NCBI RefSeq assembly: GCF_035594765.1 | Contig: NC_085846.1 | Coordinates: 119,027,190-119,091,189, forward strand | DNA length: 64,000 bases | DNA from: Anolis carolinensis | Lineage: Eukaryota | Direction: 5' to 3' | Shown here: one piece after another, positions 46,283-59,356 of the stretch | Layout of the letters: the number at the start of each line of letters is the position of its first letter | Numbering within the stretch: position 1 is the stretch's first letter | The notes under the pieces: generated by a model | What the model was told of the DNA's origin: nothing | Database searches by the model: none | The model's input: only the letters and a program-made list of their open reading frames with translations | Translations under genes and position numbers: made by a program

Positions 46283-47104
46283 CGGATCCCTTGTTTCCAA
46301 AAACACTTTTGCGTGGAAAAAAGAAAGGAGAAAGCCCACCCCGCCCGCAAGAAGAAAAATGGCGCAGTAGAAAAATTGCTGCGCCAGGAAAAAAACACCC
46401 ACAGGACAGCCCTTTGCAAAAACAAAAGAAAAAGAAAGACCCAACTAACACACACCACCCAAACTCAGCCAGCCACCCCACCTTTTCTCCCGGTCTTCAC
46501 ACAGCCATGCTGTGACGCAGCAATCTTTCCTGCCTGCCAGTGCCTGCACCAAAATCTCCCTTCCACCCTCTCCAAAATTCCCAGTGCGACTGAGCCACGA
46601 GGCGTGTGCACGCTGTTTTCATTCAGGACGTCCTACCAGCCCCTCCCCCTGGTTAAACGTGCTCTCTGATTGGCTACAAGGTGCAAACAACACGCTAGAT
46701 TGCCCCAGTGGACTTAAACAAGTTTGGATGATTTGCCAAAGCATTTTTTAAAAACGAAAAAAAAGGCGCCATAACGGAAAACGGCCAATCGCGGTTCGAA
46801 ACCGCGATATCCAGGCGTGTGGACAACCAAGGTTCGATATTGCTTCAAAACAAACGAAAATAACGAATCAATAACGGTAAACGGGGAAAACGAATTATTT
46901 GAGCAAGCCTAGTGTCTAGATCTGTATTCAAATGACAATTTGTGCAAAATAAATACAATATTCTTTGCTGTTCACTCTTTTAAAGCAAGTTTCACCATCT
47001 ACTTTCCCCCCTTTCCTAGCATATACAGAAATCCTTTAAAAAAAAAAGAGACTCCTTGCAAGGCGGGGAATATATATCTTCGTGATCAAGAAAATTTCAG
47101 AGTA

Positions 47105-47427
47105 CAGTAGAGTCTCACTTATCCAATGTAAACGGGCCGGCAAAATGTTGGATAAGCAAATATGTTGGATAATAAGGAGGGATTAAGGAAAAGCCTATTA
47201 AACATCAAATTAGGTTATAATTTTACAAATTAAGCACCAAAACATCATGTTATACAACAAATTTGACAGAGAAAGTAGTTCAATACGCAGTAATGCTATG
47301 TAGTAATTACTGTATTTACGAATTTAGCACCAAAATATCACGATATATTGAAAACATTGACTACAAAAATGTGTTGGATAATCCAGAAAGTTGGATAAGC
47401 GAGTGTTGGATAAGTGAGACTCTACTG
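47105..47427. mobile_element. Tc1/mariner-superfamily MITE
   Basis: Perfect TIR CAGTAGAGTCTCACTTATCCAA, TA flanks. Confidence 0.88.
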
Positions 47428-48057
47428 TATGTCTAAACACATCATGACATCACATTAGTAAAAAAAAAAAAACCCCATAAGAATGAGAACAGGCAATAAA
47501 ATATTTTCTGTGGTTTGAGCTTCTTGACTGTTTTACATACACTAGTATGGATAGCTATAAAAAAACCATTTGCATAAATTGAAAGATGTTTAAAGTCATA
47601 ATCAAAGGGGGTTGGTTTTTGACAGGCAGCAGCCGGTTTCTACTCTCATTTCTGGGAAATGCTGTGGCTGCATGGAAAGGAAAAGCACACGGCGTTGGAT
47701 GAGTTCCAGGTTGTCCTGGGAAGACAAATGACCTCTGTAGGCATGCAGAGCGTCTCCCTTGCCGTGCGTCTGTCCTGGGATGTGTGTGTGTGTGTGTGTG
47801 TGTGTGTGGACTGGGAAGGGTCATAGCTAAGGCTCCTGCCATTGCCAGAGAGATCCAAAGCCGCTAACAATGCCAAAAACAGCACAATATCCAATAATCA
47901 AAATTTATTCAAAGGGGATTTGCCTTTGTCCTCCTCAGAGGCTGAGAGAATGTGACTTACCTAAAATCACCAGAGCCATAGTCCCAGGTTCAAACTACTA
48001 CACCACACTGAATCCCTTCCCTCTCTGTTGCCTACCTTACTTTCCCCCCTCTTTTTC

Positions 48058-48431
48058 NNNNNNNNNNNNNNNNNNNNNNNNNNNNNNNNNNNNNNNNNNN
48101 NNNNNNNNNNNNNNNNNNNNNNNNNNNNNNNNNNNNNNNNNNNNNNNNNNNNNNNNNNNNNNNNNNNNNNNNNNNNNNNNNNNNNNNNNNNNNNNNNNNN
48201 NNNNNNNNNNNNNNNNNNNNNNNNNNNNNNNNNNNNNNNNNNNNNNNNNNNNNNNNNNNNNNNNNNNNNNNNNNNNNNNNNNNNNNNNNNNNNNNNNNNN
48301 NNNNNNNNNNNNNNNNNNNNNNNNNNNNNNNNNNNNNNNNNNNNNNNNNNNNNNNNNNNNNNNNNNNNNNNNNNNNNNNNNNNNNNNNNNNNNNNNNNNN
48401 NNNNNNNNNNNNNNNNNNNNNNNNNNNNNNN
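48058..48431. other. Assembly gap (N run)
   Basis: Continuous n characters. Confidence 1.
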
Positions 48432-48533
48432 TCATCTGCAATCGTAGCTCAACTGAAAGTTCTTTAAACACCTCCAACTTTATCTTCTCATTGTCATTGC
48501 TTGAATTTGTGCCTCCCATATTTCCCATTTCAG

Positions 48534-49070
48534 CAGGGCCGGCCGGAGATATTTTTTGATGTGAAGCGGGGGTGCTGAAAAGCGCCCCCGCCACCGGCCC
48601 CGCCTCCCGCGCCCAGGCCCCGCCCAGCGTGCCCTGGCCCCGCCTCCCACGCTGCGTGGGAGGCGGGGCCAGGGCGAATAGTGAGGGGGCGGGGCCAGAG
48701 TTGGCCCCGCCCCCCGCCCAGCGTGCCCTGGCCCCGCCTCCCACGCTGCGTGGGAGGCGGGGCCAAGGCACGCTGGGCGGGGGGGCGGCGTCAGAGCTGG
48801 CTCCGCCTCCCACGCTACTCCTGCTCGCCCGTCTGGCCTTTTCTAGCTGGCCAGACTGCAGCGGAGGTCCCTGCAGGCCGCGATTGCGGCCTGCAGGGAC
48901 CTCCGCTGCAGTCTGGCCAGCTAGAAAAGGCCAGACGGGCCAGGGCGCACTGGGCGGGAGGCGGGGCACCGTCAGGGCGGTGCCCCGCCTCCCGCCCAGC
49001 CTGACTGCGCCCCCCCAGGCCTGCGCCCGAGGCGGCGGCGTCAGGTGCCTCAATAGTGGGGCCGGCCCTG
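48534..49070. mobile_element. Non-autonomous GC-rich hAT MITE with a large internal palindrome
   Basis: TIR CAGGGCCGGC; 8-bp TSD CATTTCAG; empty site visible at 21140-21147 in the other duplicate. Confidence 0.92.
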
Positions 49071-52000
49071 CATTTCAGACATTCCTATCCATCATGACCT
49101 CCGTTCTCTCTTGGTCTTTCTGACCATGGGATTACCCAGTTTTATTTATTTATTTATTTATTTATTTGTTTATTTACTGCTATTTTATCCCACCTTTCTC
49201 AACCTCAGAGGGGACTCAAGGTGGCTTCACAATATAGGCAATGCCTTTGAAAACATAGTACAATTAAAATAACCGTACCATTAAAACAATTTAAGTATTT
49301 AAATCCAAACAACAAGTTAAAATCATGTAATCCATAGGTATAGTCCAGGACCGTTCCATAGGTCAGTTACACATCTTTCGTATTATTGCACTAGATTTTC
49401 AAAGGCTTGGTCAAAGAGCCTTTTACCCAACTTCTGCTGAATAACACATTCCAGGAGAACATGGTCACTCCCACCTAAGGAACCCACTATATCCACCTCA
49501 TTCACTCTTGGTTAGAATCAGATTTGAAACAAATGATCTCCCTTGTTGCCTCCTCTACCTTCTGGACCAGAAATAGTCTGCAAGGCCATTTGTTGGACCT
49601 GATGCTCTTGGCAGTTTGTCTTCCAACAAACTTCAGGATAGTTAAAAGTCTCCCATTAGTATGACATCTCTCCTCTCTGGATGTGTGATCATCTCTTCTC
49701 AGAAGGCATCATCCAGGTTCTCAGTACTCTTTATTCCACTTTTTCAGCTGCTTTAAAAATATCCCAGTTTCTCTCTTCCTTCTTTGTACTTGTCCTTAGC
49801 TGACTTCAGTTCGAAGCACAAAATAAATGTGTCCTTAGGAGAGGGAAGAGGAGAGAAGGAGCAGAGATCCTGCCCTCCGCATTCATCTCCAGCGCCCTCT
49901 CCCAGCTTGCCTCTCCTTCCCCTGTAATAACTGGTGAGATGCTGGCAGGTATAAAAAGGTGAGGCCTATATGACTCTACAAGCAAGTGTTGGTCTTAATG
50001 ACAAAATGCATGGAGATTGACAGGGAATCCAATGCGGTGTTGTGGGTTGACTCTGGAGACCGGGGTTCGAACACCCACTTGGCCACTGACAGCCACTGGA
50101 TTGCCTTGGGCCAGTCACACTCAGGCCTTAGATCAGTGGTTCTCAACCTGTGGGTCCCCAGATGTTTTTGGCCTTCAACTCCCAGAATCCATAACAGCTG
50201 GTAAACAGGCTGGGATTTCTGGAAGTTGTAGGCCAAAAACATCTGGGGCCCCCAGGTTGAGGACCACTGCCTTAGAGGAAAGCCAACCTCCCCTGAAGAA
50301 ATCTTGCCTTGAAAACCTTGTGAAAGCTTCACCTTTAAGTCACCATATGTTGGAAATGACTTGAAGGGACACAAGAACCACAAACATGATGAGTTAAAAC
50401 AACACAAAGTGAAGTGTAAGGTTATTTTTAAATGGCTTGAAATGAAATTCTAGATAATGTTGTGATAAATGAGTTGGGGGTGTTTTTGGTTTTGCAGAAT
50501 GTGCTCCAGCACCAGAAAGAAGCAAACAGGATGCCTCGATTGTGGTGGAACGTTTCTGAATTCATGTGAACAGAAACAGGCCTGCAGAAAACCCCAGAGC
50601 GTTACTAGTTGGTCTGTGGTTGAACTGAGCTCAGGTGCTCTTTCCTTGCAATAATCATCCTCTGAGCTTTGCAGCTGAATACAAACCAAACAGGCAGTTT
50701 CCTTTGATGTTATTTCACTTTATTTGGCCACTTTCTCTCTAGAGGATTCAGCAGTACTACATGTGAAAAGAGCCGTGGGGTTATTATTACAGCTCATTGA
50801 ACATGGGCCAGCAGTGTGTTGCTGCAACAAAGATGGCAAAGGCTTGTGCTTGGAAGAAGATTAGTTTCCAAGTCTATGCTTCTAAGTTGAGGGAAGCTAT
50901 AGTCACTCTACAGTCTGTGCTAGTCTCCCGGCCTCCTCCCGTTGTCCATTCAGTTCAGGGCACCTCATTTTGGGAAGGATACGGACAAGTCCAAGCAAGT
51001 TTGGAGAATGGCAATGAGGACGAGAACACAACACAAGGAGAGGAGCTAGGCATTTTCCACCCTGTGACACAATGGCCCTCTAGTTCGGCCCCAGAAGCTA
51101 GGATCAGGCCTCGTGGATTGAAACCACAGGGGGGGGGGGTAGATTCTGATTGAACATTAGGAGGAAGTCCTTGACAATGGAAGAGATTGGCCACAGAGTC
51201 ACTGGTTCTGTCTGTCTCTCTGCCTCTGTCTGTGTGTGTGTATATCTGTCTGTCTGTTCACCCCCCTCTCTCCCTCTCCCCCCCCCAAGTCCCCTGGTCT
51301 CGAAAAAGAGGCTAGACTGCTCCCTGCAGTTGAGGATCTTGCAACTGGGGATCCTGGATTGAGCCACTAAAAGGAAATCCATGGCCAAGAGCGCTGCAAC
51401 GCACTGCCTTCCGGAGCGACTAAATAACCTAAAGGCGCCAGTCCCATTTGAGCTTGGTTGGTACTTGGATGGGAGACCAGGTCTGTAAGAAGGAGGCTGC
51501 AAACCCTCTGAGGATTCCTGGCTTGAAGGCAAGTACATAGAAACAAACATGTGCATCACCTTTTAACATCCTCATTCCTCCTTATTCAAACCAGGTGGCA
51601 ACAGACAGCATGCCTATCTGAACCCTCTTCCTAAATATGGAGGGCGTTCAACCTGCACAAGCAAGTTCTGTTTTTCATCTCAACTGCTTGCTTGACTACT
51701 ACTTCTTCTACCTCTTCTACCTCTTCTACCTCCTCCTCTTCTTCTTCTTCTTCTTCTTCTTCTTCTTCTTCTTCTTCTTCTTCTTCTTCTATTTATACCC
51801 CACTTTATCTCCCCAAGGGGGACTCAAAGCAGCTTGACATAGAAGCATTAGTATACAATTTAAAATATACAAATATACAAATATTAAAACAGCATTACAC
51901 ATAATTAGTATTAAAACAATTCAGATTAAATCCATAGAAACACATAAAACCACAGCAACCCCTGACATGATCTTGAACGCTTCCATCTTCTTCAGCTGTC

Positions 52001-53073
52001 TGAATTTAAGATACAAGTGAAGACCTATCTCTTTGTCAGGCCTTCTGAGAAGGAAGGAAGGGCCTGTTCTCTCTCGTTCCCACCAACCGAGCCTGAGGTG
52101 GAGGTGGGACCGAGAGTAGGAAGGCCTCTCCTGAAGGGGATCTCAGGGCTCGGAAGGCAGGTTCATACAAGGACATGTGGTCGGTGAAATAGCCTGGACC
52201 TGAACCATCTAGGGCTTTAAAGGTCATCACCAGCACTTTGTATTGTGCCCAGAAACAGACTGGCAGTCCTGCAGTCGGCCCCAGTGAGCAACCTGGCTGC
52301 AACTCTTTGGACCAGATGAAGTTGTGGAGCGCTTTTCCGAGGAAGCATCACGTACAGCACGTTATAGTCATCCAGGTGGGATGTATCTATAGTCTTTTAA
52401 AATCATACTCACAGCCATAATTATCCTACAAAAGCCAGAAATGATCTTCACCTGAGTCGCCTGATAAGTGAAGCCACAGCAAACAAGGGAAATGGCTGCA
52501 AACAGCAGAACACAAGCGATACGCAAAATGAATCAGCAACAAGAATGAAAAGAATAATGGTGATATGCTTATCTTAGAATGAGAATATGGAAGAAGACCC
52601 ACAATGCCTTTGTGAGTGAATCAATCCCCAAAACTCATACTCCAAATGATATGATTATAGCCCAAGCATGGGCCAACTTGGGCCCTCCAGGTGTTTTGGA
52701 CTTCAACTCCCACCATTCCTAACAGCCGGTAGGCTGTTAGGAATGGTGGGAGTTGAAGTCCAAAACACCTGGAGGGCCCAAGTTTGCCCATGCCTGTTAT
52801 ATCAATGTGTTGCCGCCACTGTTGTTCTTATTGCAACTAAGGTTGCATTGTAGAATTAATGCCGTTTTGTACTTCTTTGATTGCTTTTGCTCAACGCTAT
52901 GGAATCCTGGGAGCTGTAGTTCTATAAGGTCTTCAACCTTCTCTGCAAAAGAGTGCAGGCGCCTCACCAAACCACAACTCCCAAGATTCCATAGAACTGA
53001 GTCATGGTCGTCAAAGGGGTGTCAAACTGCATTAATTTTACAGCGCAGATGTACCCTATGAGAAACAACAAGC

Positions 53074-56000
53074 TTAGAAAGAGCCTGAGCTGTTTACTGA
53101 GTTGTTTTGGAAAGAAGATAATGTATGTTGATTACCTTTCGCCAAATGAATGATTAGTACAACCAAGCCAATGGCGAAAGCACAAACACCAAAAGTAAAC
53201 AGCCCTTTTTTCAGCCACGGTCTTCCCAAATTCCAACCTCCCCTTGGCTTTGGCCTGGTACCTCCATTCTCTGCCATGAACGCTCGAATCTTTTCATCTG
53301 TCAAGACCGGCTCCAAGTAGAGCCTATTGGAGAGATGCCTCCCTCCCTCCTCCACCACCATTCGCTGGACTATCTCCATCAACTCAGAGACCTGCCTCTC
53401 CCGTTCCTCCCCAGATGCCCTGTTATTGAAAGCACACATGCGCCGCCCACACTTCCGAATTAGCCCCTGGAGAGCCTTATTATCTGAGCCCCACACATAG
53501 TTTTCCAAGGAATCCCCCCCTAAATCCTCCTTGCGGGTGAAGAGGATGACCATGTGCCTGGAGGCCCATTCCCCAAACACAACCCGGACTTGATTTGCTG
53601 CATCCTGGTCTTCTGCCGTGAAGCGGCCCACCTGGGTCACAAACACCAAGGCATGAGGGCCGGGCCTGGAGAGGTCAATGCAGCGCCTGATCTCCGGCAG
53701 CAGGATCGTACTGGGTGTGTCTGGGTCACAAAGGGCTGGAGTGTCGATCACAGAAAGGTCCAAGTCTCTCCACCTCTGTGTCTCTCGTTGGCACCTGAGC
53801 GTGGTCGTCCTCAGTGCCGCCACGGACTCAAACGCCTTCCGGCCAAGAAGGGTGTTTCCTGTAGCGCTCTTCCCGCCTCCGGTCTTTCCAACAAGGACAA
53901 TCCTGAGTTCAGATTCCTCCCTTCCGGGGCCTGAAGAACAAATCAGTGAAAAAAGAGTCAGAGTTGATCTTCCTGGGCTGTAGCACAGCTGGTTAATCAC
54001 CAGCAGAAATAGATCACTGCTGACCGGAAGGTGGCAAGTTCGAAGCCTGATTTGGATTGAGCACCCAACTACCAATAGCCTAGCTTGCTGTCCACCTAAG
54101 CAGTTCGAAAACAGCTGAGCTGTGAGTAAATAAATTAGGGACAGCTTAAGCAGGGAGATTAACTTAATTTATAACAAGATAAAACTGCCAGCGATCAAAG
54201 AGCGATAAGGAAACACTGTGCTCAAAATGGACTCGGTGTCATAGTAGATGAAGCGACAGTTCCCCCTGTGGCCGGAATCGAGCATAACCTCCATAAGCCA
54301 AAGTTGGAAAATGTTGAATTACCTCTATCTGTCTGTATGTGTAGTATGTCTAAAAACGGCATTCAATGTTTGCTGTGTATATGTGCATTGTGATCCACCC
54401 TGTGTCCCCTTTGAGGTGAGAAAGAAGGGCAGAATATAAATACTGTAAATAAATAAATTCCTGCTGGAATGCAACAAGGTTCTAGACAAGAAGAATGCAA
54501 GAGTGGCTCACAGTAGCAGTGGGAAAATAGGAGATAGTATTTAGCTTTTTAGAGTAAGCTGAACCTCTTCTTTCTTATGGAAAACTGTCCAGCTCCTCTC
54601 TGAGACGGAGACGGATATCTTGACCCAACTCCTTCTCATTCCGCTCCTGTTCTTGACTTTCCCTCACAACCTCCTGTAATGAAGTGTGGTTTTTTTTAGT
54701 TTACAGATGCCATGTTTAATTGTGTTTTAAAAGGGTTAATATTTCAGTTACTCTGCACTCATGAGTTGGTTCCCATGGAGAAGTGGGAGGAGCCAACCAT
54801 TCTTTTGCTGGAGGAGTGTAGTTTTGAAAAAGCAGCCGTTAGTCTATGCCCTGAGGAGGTGCAGTTAAGACTGATCCTCAGTGAAGGGATCAGGGAGGCT
54901 CAAATGTTTGATTTTGAGTCAGTTTAAAATATGTTTGGTGACTTATTTTAAGTTAGTCTGTGCCCTGCTGAGGTACAGTTAAGACTGATTCTCAGTTGGA
55001 GGATCAGGGAGGCTCAAATGTTTGATTTTGAGTCAGTGTAAAATAACTTTTGTGACTTATTTTAAGGTAATCTGTCTCTTGATAAGCAACAGACAGTCTG
55101 TGATTGAAATTCACAGGGTGATTGCAGTTTAAAGCAGTAGAGTAGGAAGTGACATTTTAAGAAGTTTGAAACACCTCAATATAGCTTTGCAACTGTTAAT
55201 CTAAGTGCCTCTAAAGAGAAGTTACTGTAACCATTAAGCTTGTGCCTGAATAAACGTGTTATTGTTCTTCCTAACATCTCAGCTTCTGTCATCTATATTA
55301 CCATCAAAAAGAAAACAAGAAAGAAGAAAAATAAAATTTAAAAAGTCTCCTCTCTAAGTAGCTAGTAGCTATATCTTCCAATAGTGGTGGCAAGAGTTGA
55401 TAATCCCCTTAACATCTGGTGGCAGCATTTAAATAAAAAACATCTTTAATAAGTGGTGGCAGTGGATATAAAATATATAATAATAATATAAATAAAATAT
55501 AATTAATAAAACAACCTCCACATCCACATCTCCGAAATTGGTGTCAGAGTTGGGATTTAAAAAAGAGTCCCCCTGCCTGAGTTCTCCTCAAATTGGTGGC
55601 AGTGGTGGGATTTTAAAAAGATTTCCCCTCTGCCTGACATCTTTGCACCTCCTTTGGATGTAGGCAGACTAGAACAGGACCCAGTAAACATTCCTTCCAG
55701 ACAATGGAGTTCTCGCAATAAAGATTACCGTAGTTCTCTAATGAAAGTGTGCTTTGCCCCTTTAATGCCCATCTCACACCCACACAATTGCCAAATCTAT
55801 TCGCTTGGCTAACAGATCCTTAAGAATCTGAGAACTATTTTATGATGATGGGGGGTGTCAACATGAGCAGTTTTCCCATCTGTAGGTTAATTCCTACAAA
55901 ACCACGGAAACACAGAATACTGGGGCCTCCGTGGCCAAGCCTGCTCACTTCTGGATTCAGGGGACTATTCCACCGCAATGAATCCATGCAATGCAACCTC

Positions 56001-56683
56001 AAGACTGGACTGTGGGAATGTATGGCTTGTGGCCCTCAGCCAGCAGTCACTCAAGCGCTTAGTAGAATCCCTATCTCTGCTGGTGTTTTAGGGATCTCCT
56101 GGGACAAGGGCAGGGGGTCGCTCTTGACTGACAAGGGCCTGTTCTGAACTGGGCCAGATTATCTGAGAGTCTGCCATCTCCAAGATGCAGTGTTCCTTCA
56201 CTTATCCCGGGTGTTACGTTCCAGGACCACCCGCAATAAATGAAAATCCACGAAGTAGGGACGCTGTATTTGTGTTGTTTACAATCTCACTGGATTCTTG
56301 GCCAGGAATGCAATAAAATGCCTCTGCTCTATGTCTTCACTTCACTGGTGAGTTTTTAATCTGGAAATGTGGTTTTAAATTATGGTTCCCTCCCATTTCA
56401 TTGCAGTCTAAATTGTGCAATTTTATTCACTGAGATTCTATGGGGCCCAATATTGCACATTCCTGTCATCATATGGCATTTTTAGTTTTCCCATGCAAAG
56501 GTTGTTAACCTTATCTGTTACTCACCCCACTATCCTTTTTTATAAACTGCTATGCATTGGTCTTGTTTTTCTGCACCTTATTCAGAAGCCCAAGCAAGGA
56601 GGAGGAGGAGGAGGAGGAGGAGGAGGAGGAGGAGGAGGAGGAGGCTTACCTTGGCTGACTCTGGACATTTTTGAAACTCCCAT
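53074..56683 (-). CDS. GIMAP family GTPase with C-terminal transmembrane anchor (GIMAP1/5-like, gene C2); CDS join(56683..56650,53930..53074), about 296 aa (291 aa from the second ATG at 56668)
   Basis: G1 [38 protein letters not shown]; hydrophobic tail [21 protein letters not shown]. Exon 56708-56650 (gcacag| ... [12 protein letters not shown]|gtaagc) joins ttcttcag|GC at 53930 in phase 1. Confidence 0.88.
54675..55647 (+). mobile_element. Solo LTR-like element, duplicate copy in the GIMAP C2 intron
   Basis: Same as 26738-27710, TSD CCTCC. Confidence 0.75.
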
Positions 56684-58961
56684 GAAGGACAAAGATCCAG
56701 GGAAATTCCTGTGCAAAGAAACACACACAGAAGTGAAAGACATAGAATCATAGACTCCTATGGACGAGACCTCATGGGCCATCCAGAAGCAGAAAAGTCT
56801 TATTCAAAGCATGATGGCCCCAGACAGATGGCCATCCAGCCTTGATCCTGTGAGTCTCCCTCTTCCTCTGGACACATTCAGGCTTAGAGTCAACCTCTCC
56901 CTTCAATTGCGGTGCCCAGAATGGGACACAAGAGTGTGATTCCAGGTAAGGTGGTCTGGTGAAGGTCTGGCATACTGAGAAGAGACATTCTCGAAGGATA
57001 GAATACAGACTAATAAATATGATTGCGCTGGAAAAGAAAGCACAGAGAAGAGAAGGCTGTTGTCTCAATCTGCCAAGGCAGTTAGAGAAGCAGGGAGGTT
57101 TCTCATCAAAGGAGCTTGAAAGAACTTCCGTGAAGGCTCACATTCTCTTCCTCTCTGCCTACTAAAACCAATTAGGAAAAGACAGATATATACCCTGTTT
57201 CCCCTAAAATAAAACTTCCCCTGAAAATAAGACCTAGTAGAGGTTTTGCTGAATTGCTAAATATAAGGCCTCCCCCAAAAGTAAGACCTAGCAAAGTTTT
57301 TGTTGGGAAGCATGCCCGCCAAACAGAACACCAGAGCATGCAGGATCGGTAAATGTACGTGCCATAGAGTGTTGTACATGGAAATATTGGTAGTAACAAG
57401 AAATTCTTGATAGGATTCACAGTATGTCTGGTTATGCTGGTTTATGATGACAACTACTGTACAGTATATAATAAATGTTCATTTTTTTGTTCAACAATAA
57501 ATGCGAATTCTTCTTCATGGAAAAATAAGACATCCCCTGAAAATAAGACCTAGAGCAAAAAATAATATAAGACACTGTCTTATTTTCGGGGAAACATGGT
57601 AGGTAAAAGATCCTCTTTACAAAGAGTTGTATTTACTTTCATTCCAATTTCTTATCTGGAAATTATCACAGGTCGTGTGATGGCCTCAGTTGCCCTTGGT
57701 TGGAAGGACCAAAAGAAATGGGATATAAAAAGTTGGTATATTAAATATCTCCCTGACTACCTAGTCCAAGACTATATTAGTGAAACGTTATGATAGGATG
57801 GGCCAAAAGACAAAATGGGAGGCAAAATGGAAGGGTCTCATTTCCGGAAGAAAGGGGAAAGATAAATATAAGGAACGAGCGAAACCCGGCCACGTTTTGC
57901 TGTGGCGTTTTTGGTTTGCATTTTTTTCTGCATAAACATTAAGATCTGACGGGTTACCGACTCTGGAGCATGCGACGTATAATTGCCCATGAGAGAAGCA
58001 TTTGTTTTCTAATTTCAACACACACACTTGCATCTTCAGGGGTTTCATAGAATCATAGAGTCGGAGGAGATCTCATGGGCCATCCAGTCCAACCCCTTTC
58101 TGCCAAGAAGCAGGAAAATCTCATTCAAAGCTCCATCTCCCCAAAGGGACTTGGGGTGGCTCAGATGGGGTCAAGCCCTAAAACATCAGATTGATGTACA
58201 ATTTAAAACAGAATTAACAGACTACAACAATTATTTTAAACCATTAAAATAAACACAACCATATCAATTAGAATGTGAAGTGGAATTATTCAGGTTGCAG
58301 GGAGGGGCAGGCTGTGCAGCCGTGAAAATAAGACCATAGGCTTGGTGAATGAGAACACGAGTAGTCACCCGTGTTCCCAGGACTGGTGCCTAGCACACTG
58401 CCCAGACGCACCGTGAACAGAGCTGGCTTGGAGCCCCATCATCTTGGCAGCGTCCTAGGACGGGGCTTAAACCTCATGTGACGAGGCCCTTTCAGGCCTT
58501 TCTGCCAGGTTTGAATCCCACACGGGGAGAGTGCAGATGAGCTCCCTCTGTCAGCTCCAGCTCCATGCGGGGACATGAGAGAAGCCTCCCACAAGGATGG
58601 TAAAACATCAAAACACCCGGGCGTCCCCTGGGCAACATCCTTGCAGACGGCCAATTCTCTCACTCCAGAAGCGACTTGCAGTTTCTCAAGTCGCTCCTGA
58701 CACGGGGGAAAAATGAAGTTATTATGAATGGGAAATGTCTGCAACGCATCCCTCACCTTGATGCTCTAGTTAGGGGTTCATTTTCACTTAATTTTATTCA
58801 TTTATTTGTTTTATATTTATATACCACTCTTTTCCCCCAGCCGGGGAACCCAGAGTGGTCTTACACAATGGCAAAATTAAATGCCACATATGATACAACA
58901 TGTAGTAAAAAACCAACAATCGTAGAACACACTTAAAAACCAATATCATACCCTTAAGGGT

Positions 58962-59235
58962 AGGAGCCTCCGGTGGCGTAATGGGTTAAAGCCTTGTAAC
59001 CTGAAGGTTGGGTTGCTGACCTGAAGGCTGCCAGGTTCAAATCCCACCCGGGGAGAGCGCGGATGAGCTCCCTCTGTCAGCTCCAGCTCCACGCGGGGAC
59101 ATGAGAGAAGCCTCCCACAAAGATGGTAAAAACATCAAAACATCCGGGCAATGTCCCCTGGGCAACGTCCTTGCAGACGGCCAATTCTCTCACTCCAGAA
59201 GCAACTCAAGTTGCTCCTGACATGGAAAAAAAACA
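58962..59235 (+). mobile_element. Sauria SINE-like element, full length
   Basis: tRNA-like head (ggtggcgtaatgg ... ggttcaaatccc), body shared with 30570-30775, A-rich tail, 12-bp TSD ACCCTTAAGGGT. Confidence 0.85.
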
Positions 59236-59356
59236 ACCCTTAAGGGTGGATCCACCCCTAGAATCCTTAGGGCACCCCATAGAGAGCACGCACACCTTTC
59301 AAGAGCCAGGAGGCCTTGGCCGTGAAGCATCAGGAAAGGAAGCAAAGGGTACCTAC

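Larger units (their letters stand above)
37883..46911 (-). mobile_element. Autonomous hAT (Ac-type) DNA transposon, 9029 bp
   Basis: 8-bp TSD GTGTCTAG (37875-37882 and 46912-46919); TIRs TAGGCTTGaTC / GAGCAAGCCTA; subterminal AACG(A)-rich motifs at both ends; intact transposase inside. Confidence 0.93.
48440..58984 (+). repeat. Segmental duplication copy 2
   Basis: Matches 21054-31046, carries an extra 537-bp MITE, and its left edge is hidden by the N-gap. Confidence 0.95.

Noticed and set aside
45124-46444. Long ORFs (370 aa, 266 aa) upstream of the transposase
   Set aside because: They are translations of the 155-bp tandem repeat, with frames shifting at C-run length changes.
47646-47894. 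Signal-peptide-like ORF MDIVLFLALLAAL...
   Set aside because: It starts at TTG, runs through a (CA)n tract and is not conserved in the homologous blocks.
47870-49053. ORFs of 139-338 aa spanning the gap
   Set aside because: Artefacts of N characters and a GC-rich MITE.
53931-54075. N-terminal extension MVVGCSIQ... of the 333-aa ORF (and at 25994-26138)
   Set aside because: It starts at TTG inside a SINE and crosses a clear polypyrimidine/AG acceptor, so it is intronic. The same applies to the TTG starts at 8285 and 63145.
54560-54674. Possible extra - strand exon in C2 (ttacag|gaggttg...)
   Set aside because: The acceptor is created by the solo-LTR end, the phase-1 frame hits TGA, and the donor is weak.
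56663-56683. N-myristoylation of C2 (MGVSKMS)
   Set aside because: No Ser/Thr at position 6, and the downstream ATG (56668) matches the 19-nt coding length of the paralogous exons, so the start is uncertain.
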